Below are positions 15,842 through 17,327 of a DNA stretch of 17,327 bases, piece by piece (the stretch's first letter is position 1; each line of letters starts with the position of its first letter). The notes under the pieces are model-generated. The model was not told where the DNA came from and made no database searches. It saw only the letters and a list, made by a program, of their open reading frames with translations. Position numbers and translations under genes: made by a program. The DNA is from Atribacterota bacterium (GTDB lineage: Bacteria; Atribacterota; Phoenicimicrobiia; Phoenicimicrobiales; Phoenicimicrobiaceae), in contig JBBRDV010000027.1 of NCBI GenBank assembly GCA_038203565.1, positions 1 through 17,327 on the forward strand. Reading direction: 5' to 3'.

Positions 15842-17020
15842 ATGAATTTATTTATAAATATTATTTCAATAGCAGGACCATTAATATTTGCTGCCGGCAT
15901 CTTTACCCTAAAAAATATACCCGCAGAAATGAAAATAGGGCTATGGATTGTCTGTGCTTTAATACTCGTATTTGATCTATATTTAATCATAAAGGATAAA
16001 AAGAATAAAGAAGAAAAGACTAAAAGAGAAGACCTATATAATCGTCTATACCAAAGGCAGGAATTATTCGACAGAAACATACCGGGAACAGTGACTGATG
16101 TCCTGGAAAGAAATCCTTTATTAAAAGAATCTTTCCGCTCAGGACAAAACCATGAGAAAGAATATAAATTTGAAGAAGCTATTAAAGTATATGAAAAATG
16201 TCTGCATGATTTAAGTATCCCCGAGGAAGATAAAATTGGCTTTAATATCCTTATTGGCAACTGTTATTATTTTTTATCTAAACTGAACGAAGCGGAAAAG
16301 CATTTTAAAGAATCATTAAATATTTTAAAAAGAGCAGAAAATAAAATTGCGAAATTGCCAGCCAAATCAGCTGCCCTCGGCAATATCGGAAACATCTACC
16401 ATAACTTAGGCAAACCAGATGAAGCATTAGAATATTATCAGCAGGCCTTGGAGATTAACAGAAAGCTCGGATACGAACAAGGTGTTGCCCATAGTCTTAA
16501 CAATATAGGTACCCTATACAATGAATTAGGTAAATATGATGAAGCCTTAAACTGCCAAAAAGAGGCCTTAGAGATTAGTCAGAAATTCAAAGATGAACAA
16601 GCCATAGCCAACAGTCTGACCAATATTGGAATAATATATACTGATTCAGGAAAACCTGAAGAAGGATTAAAGCTTTTTCAAGAAGCCTTAGAGATGAATG
16701 AAAAGAATAAATCCCAGGAAGGAATAGCCAATGTTTTTAATAATATTGGCCTGGCTCACAGTAATTTAGGAGAAACTGATCAAGCCCTAAATGATTATCA
16801 AAAAGCACTAGTTATAAATAAAAAAATAGGATATAAAGAAGGGGTAGCCACTAATTTGGGAAACATCGGCCTGATTTATATTACTTTAGGTAAACCCGAA
16901 GAAGCAATCAAGTATTATCAAGAGGCGTTGGATATATTTATACAGATGAATGCTCATCCGCGGATAGAAATATTATTAAGGCTGATTAAAATTATCCAGG
17001 AAGAAAAAAGGGAAAAGTAA
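15842..17020 (+). CDS. Membrane-anchored tetratricopeptide repeat protein
   Basis: Two N-terminal hydrophobic helices, then about 7 TPRs. Five have an exact 40-aa period (L.NIG..Y..LG..+EAL..YQ.AL.I). RBS AAGGAG. Confidence 0.9.
   Translation: MNLFINIISIAGPLIFAAGIFTLKNIPAEMKIGLWIVCALILVFDLYLIIKDKKNKEEKTKREDLYNRLYQRQELFDRNIPGTVTDVLERNPLLKESFRSGQNHEKEYKFEEAIKVYEKCLHDLSIPEEDKIGFNILIGNCYYFLSKLNEAEKHFKESLNILKRAENKIAKLPAKSAALGNIGNIYHNLGKPDEALEYYQQALEINRKLGYEQGVAHSLNNIGTLYNELGKYDEALNCQKEALEISQKFKDEQAIANSLTNIGIIYTDSGKPEEGLKLFQEALEMNEKNKSQEGIANVFNNIGLAHSNLGETDQALNDYQKALVINKKIGYKEGVATNLGNIGLIYITLGKPEEAIKYYQEALDIFIQMNAHPRIEILLRLIKIIQEEKREK
16370..16969 (+). repeat. Five diverged 120-bp coding repeats (TPR units)
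   Basis: NIG-encoding motifs (AAYATYGG) recur at 120-bp intervals from about 16382. Confidence 0.8.
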
Positions 17021-17048
17021 AAAATATTTTTAAGATGGAGATGATCAT

Positions 17049-17327
17049 ATGTCATTAGGAATAAACACTACCACCCCGGAAGGAATTGTTCTAGCTGCTG
17101 ACAGCCGGCAATCCTACCGCAACCGAAAAGGGATAGCTCGCATCGGAAGCGATAATGCTTCCAAACTTTTCCAATTAAACAAAAGGATAGGGGTAATTGT
17201 AACTGGTCTGGCTTTTTTACCGGAAGATGGGGTGATGAAAAGTGTCAGTAAATTTATCGAGCAGTTTAAAAGGGATACTGAAGTAGAAAAATTGAACGTA
17301 AGAGATGCAGCAGATAGGTTGCACAGT
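17049..17327 (+). CDS. Proteasome-beta/HslV-like Ntn-hydrolase, N-terminal part (3' truncated by window)
   Basis: GGAG RBS 8 nt before ATG 17049; open to the window end: MSLGINTTTPEGIVLAADSRQSYRNRKGIARIGSDNASKLFQLNKRIGVIVTGLAFLPEDGVMKSVSKFIEQFKRD... G(I/V)VLAADxR followed by K(L/I)F is the proteasome-beta signature. Not in the ORF track. Confidence 0.8.
   Translation, partial: MSLGINTTTPEGIVLAADSRQSYRNRKGIARIGSDNASKLFQLNKRIGVIVTGLAFLPEDGVMKSVSKFIEQFKRDTEVEKLNVRDAADRLHS

Noticed and set aside
17049..17327. Calling the last ORF hslV, prcB or anbu
   Set aside because: It has Ser1 rather than Thr1, lacks those families' diagnostic N-terminal motifs, and no partner genes are visible; left without a gene symbol.

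Overview
AT-rich bacterial chromosomal window with all intact genes on the + strand. It probably comes from an anaerobic diderm with Firmicute-like genes; Atribacterota is a guess, not verified. In order it carries: the 3' end of an FtsX/LolE-type ABC permease, a LolA-like periplasmic protein and a probable outer-membrane beta-barrel; a split fatty-acid locus (fabK plus a FabX-like FMN/[4Fe-4S] enzyme, then fabH, fabF and an Isf-like flavoprotein), each half preceded by a copy of the same ~110-bp promoter with a FapR-like box; a YgjP/M48-like metallohydrolase; a YgiQ radical SAM enzyme; an EamA remnant; DUF2207 and lemA; an HD hydrolase; a GNAT; an EamA transporter; a minus-strand remnant ORF; a membrane-anchored TPR protein; and, cut by the window end and missed by the ORF track, a proteasome-beta-like Ntn-hydrolase with Ser1/Asp17/Lys38. 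The best candidates for novelty are the TPR plus Ser-proteasome-like pair behind a SigH-type promoter and the duplicated, eroded fab locus with its FabX-like enzyme. Intergenic regions hold several families of short palindromic repeats.
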